NCBI GenBank assembly: GCA_964016885.1
Contig: OZ024743.1
Location: 18,042,001 to 18,106,000, forward strand
Source: Eledone cirrhosa
Taxonomy: Eukaryota
Length of the DNA: 64,000 nt
Direction of reading: 5' to 3'
The position numbers and the translations under genes are program-made. Positions within the stretch are counted from its first letter, which is position 1; each line of letters begins with the position of its first letter. Shown here piece after piece: positions 62,689-64,000 of this stretch. The notes under the pieces were generated by a model. It saw nothing but the letters and a program-made list of their open reading frames with translations. It ran no database searches and was not told the origin of the DNA.

Positions 62689-64000
62689 TTGCATTTATCT
62701 TGCTTTATGTTCATCCTGGGATTTGCGATAACTAATCATTAGACCCATTAGGTATCATTCCTAGAGCGCCTCCAACCACTGGTATTGTTTTAGTTCTCAA
62801 TTTCCATATTTTCCAATTTCTATCTCCAGGTCCTTATACTTGCTCAATTTTTCAAATGTTTTTATAGATACATTCTTGTCTATTGGAACAGACATATCAA
62901 TTAGCAGACATACCCTCTTTTTATAGTCCTTCAATATTATATCAGGTCTATTTGCATCTTTTTTGGGGTCTGTTTGGATGCTAAAGTTCCACAAGATTGA
63001 GATGTGATCTTTTTCAAGTATGGGAGGTGGTTGATGCTCCCACCAATTCTTTTGATGGGGCAGGTCAACATGTTTACACATTATCCAATGTATGTATTGT
63101 GCAGCTCTGTCATGCCTGTTTAGGTATTCGGCTGGAGCTATAGGACTGCACATTGAAATTATATGGTCAAACGTCTCTGGTTGTTTTTTGCATACACGGC
63201 ATAATGGGCTGCATCCACTTATTATTATGTTGGCTTGGTAATTTTTTGTTGGCAGACACTGATCTTGTGCTGATAGTCCAGAGGATGCCAACCACTGATG
63301 GGTTAAAGTTTTGTCAACATCAGGATTGTTAGCTCGATCTGGGTATTTTCCATACAGAGGCTTTTCTTGCCATTTCTTAGCCAGTTTCTGTAGCAGTTCT
63401 TTATTTGCAGTTACTTTTACCTGCTTTGATTTTTCTGTGTTTTCCATTTCAGCAGGAAATGGGACTTCTGAAATGTGTAGTTCATTACTATATCTTTGTG
63501 CATCTTTTGTAATGGAATATGATCTTTTGATGTTTAGGTGTTTCAAAACGAGTTTGATCATCCAATCATGTGATTCCCTTAGATATGTAGATAATCCAAT
63601 TGTTGCAGTTTCCAACGCAATGTCTAACTGGATTAACCCACGTCCTCCTTCTTTCCTAGGGAGATATATTCTATCTATATCTGCCTTAGGGTGATGCATT
63701 CTGTGCATGGTTAAGAATTTTCGAATTTTTGTATCGAGCCTACGGATCTCTGTGCTTGACCAGTTGATGACATTGTAACTGTAGGTTACTACTGGTATGG
63801 CAAGCGTGTTTATGGCATCGATCCTATTCCTTGCGTTCAATTCCGTTCTTAAGATTGCTCTTACTCTGCGGTAACATTCCTTCCTTATCCTTTCCCTCAT
63901 TATGGAGTGCTTGATTCCGTCTCCTTCACAAACACCTAGATATTTGTAGGATTTTTTTTGATCAAGTTCTGTTATCACGTTCCCCCGATCAAAATTAATG
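62689..64000 (-). mobile_element. R4/Dong-like family B, second copy, continues past the window; ~195-bp deletion at the ORF end/3' UTR
   Basis: ORF 62797-63978 closely matches the C-terminal third of 47298-50948; 62714/62715 joins positions equivalent to 47182 and 47377. Confidence 0.92.

Noticed and set aside
19040-64000. CRISPR-like or telomere-like array (short repeats separating long units)
   Set aside because: The repeats are variable-length (ATT)n and the units are retroelements; no cas genes and no TTAGGG/TTAGG tracts.

Overview
Eukaryotic, repeat-dominated DNA with no recognisable host gene. The microsatellite density and SINE type suggest a cephalopod (Octopus-like) genome, which is an inference. 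Bases 1-2.5 kb hold a 5'-truncated Tx1/L1-clade LINE. Bases 2.5-17 kb are AT-rich, with (TA)n/(CA)n/(CT)n microsatellites, a 200-N gap, one SINE, long fold-back palindromes and Penelope-like remnants (a GIY-YIG fragment and minimal type I hammerhead ribozymes). From ~19 kb to the end is an almost gap-free nest of retroelements separated only by short (ATT)n spacers. It contains 13 R4/Dong-like RT+RLE copies in two families (one with an unbroken 1216-aa ORF; two are bipartite non-autonomous derivatives), Tx1-like APE+RT elements and tRNA-type SINEs. The main pattern is strict polarity: every RLE element reads (TAA)n on its sense strand, while every Tx1 and SINE reads (ATT)n. Other observations are a 5' leader module found with both RLE families, a 7.1-kb tandem duplication with a chimeric junction element, a SINE tail resembling the Tx1 3' end, and a position-conserved AG|GTAAGT site before Tx1 ORF2. 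Boundaries were read by eye and are approximate; no database searches were run.
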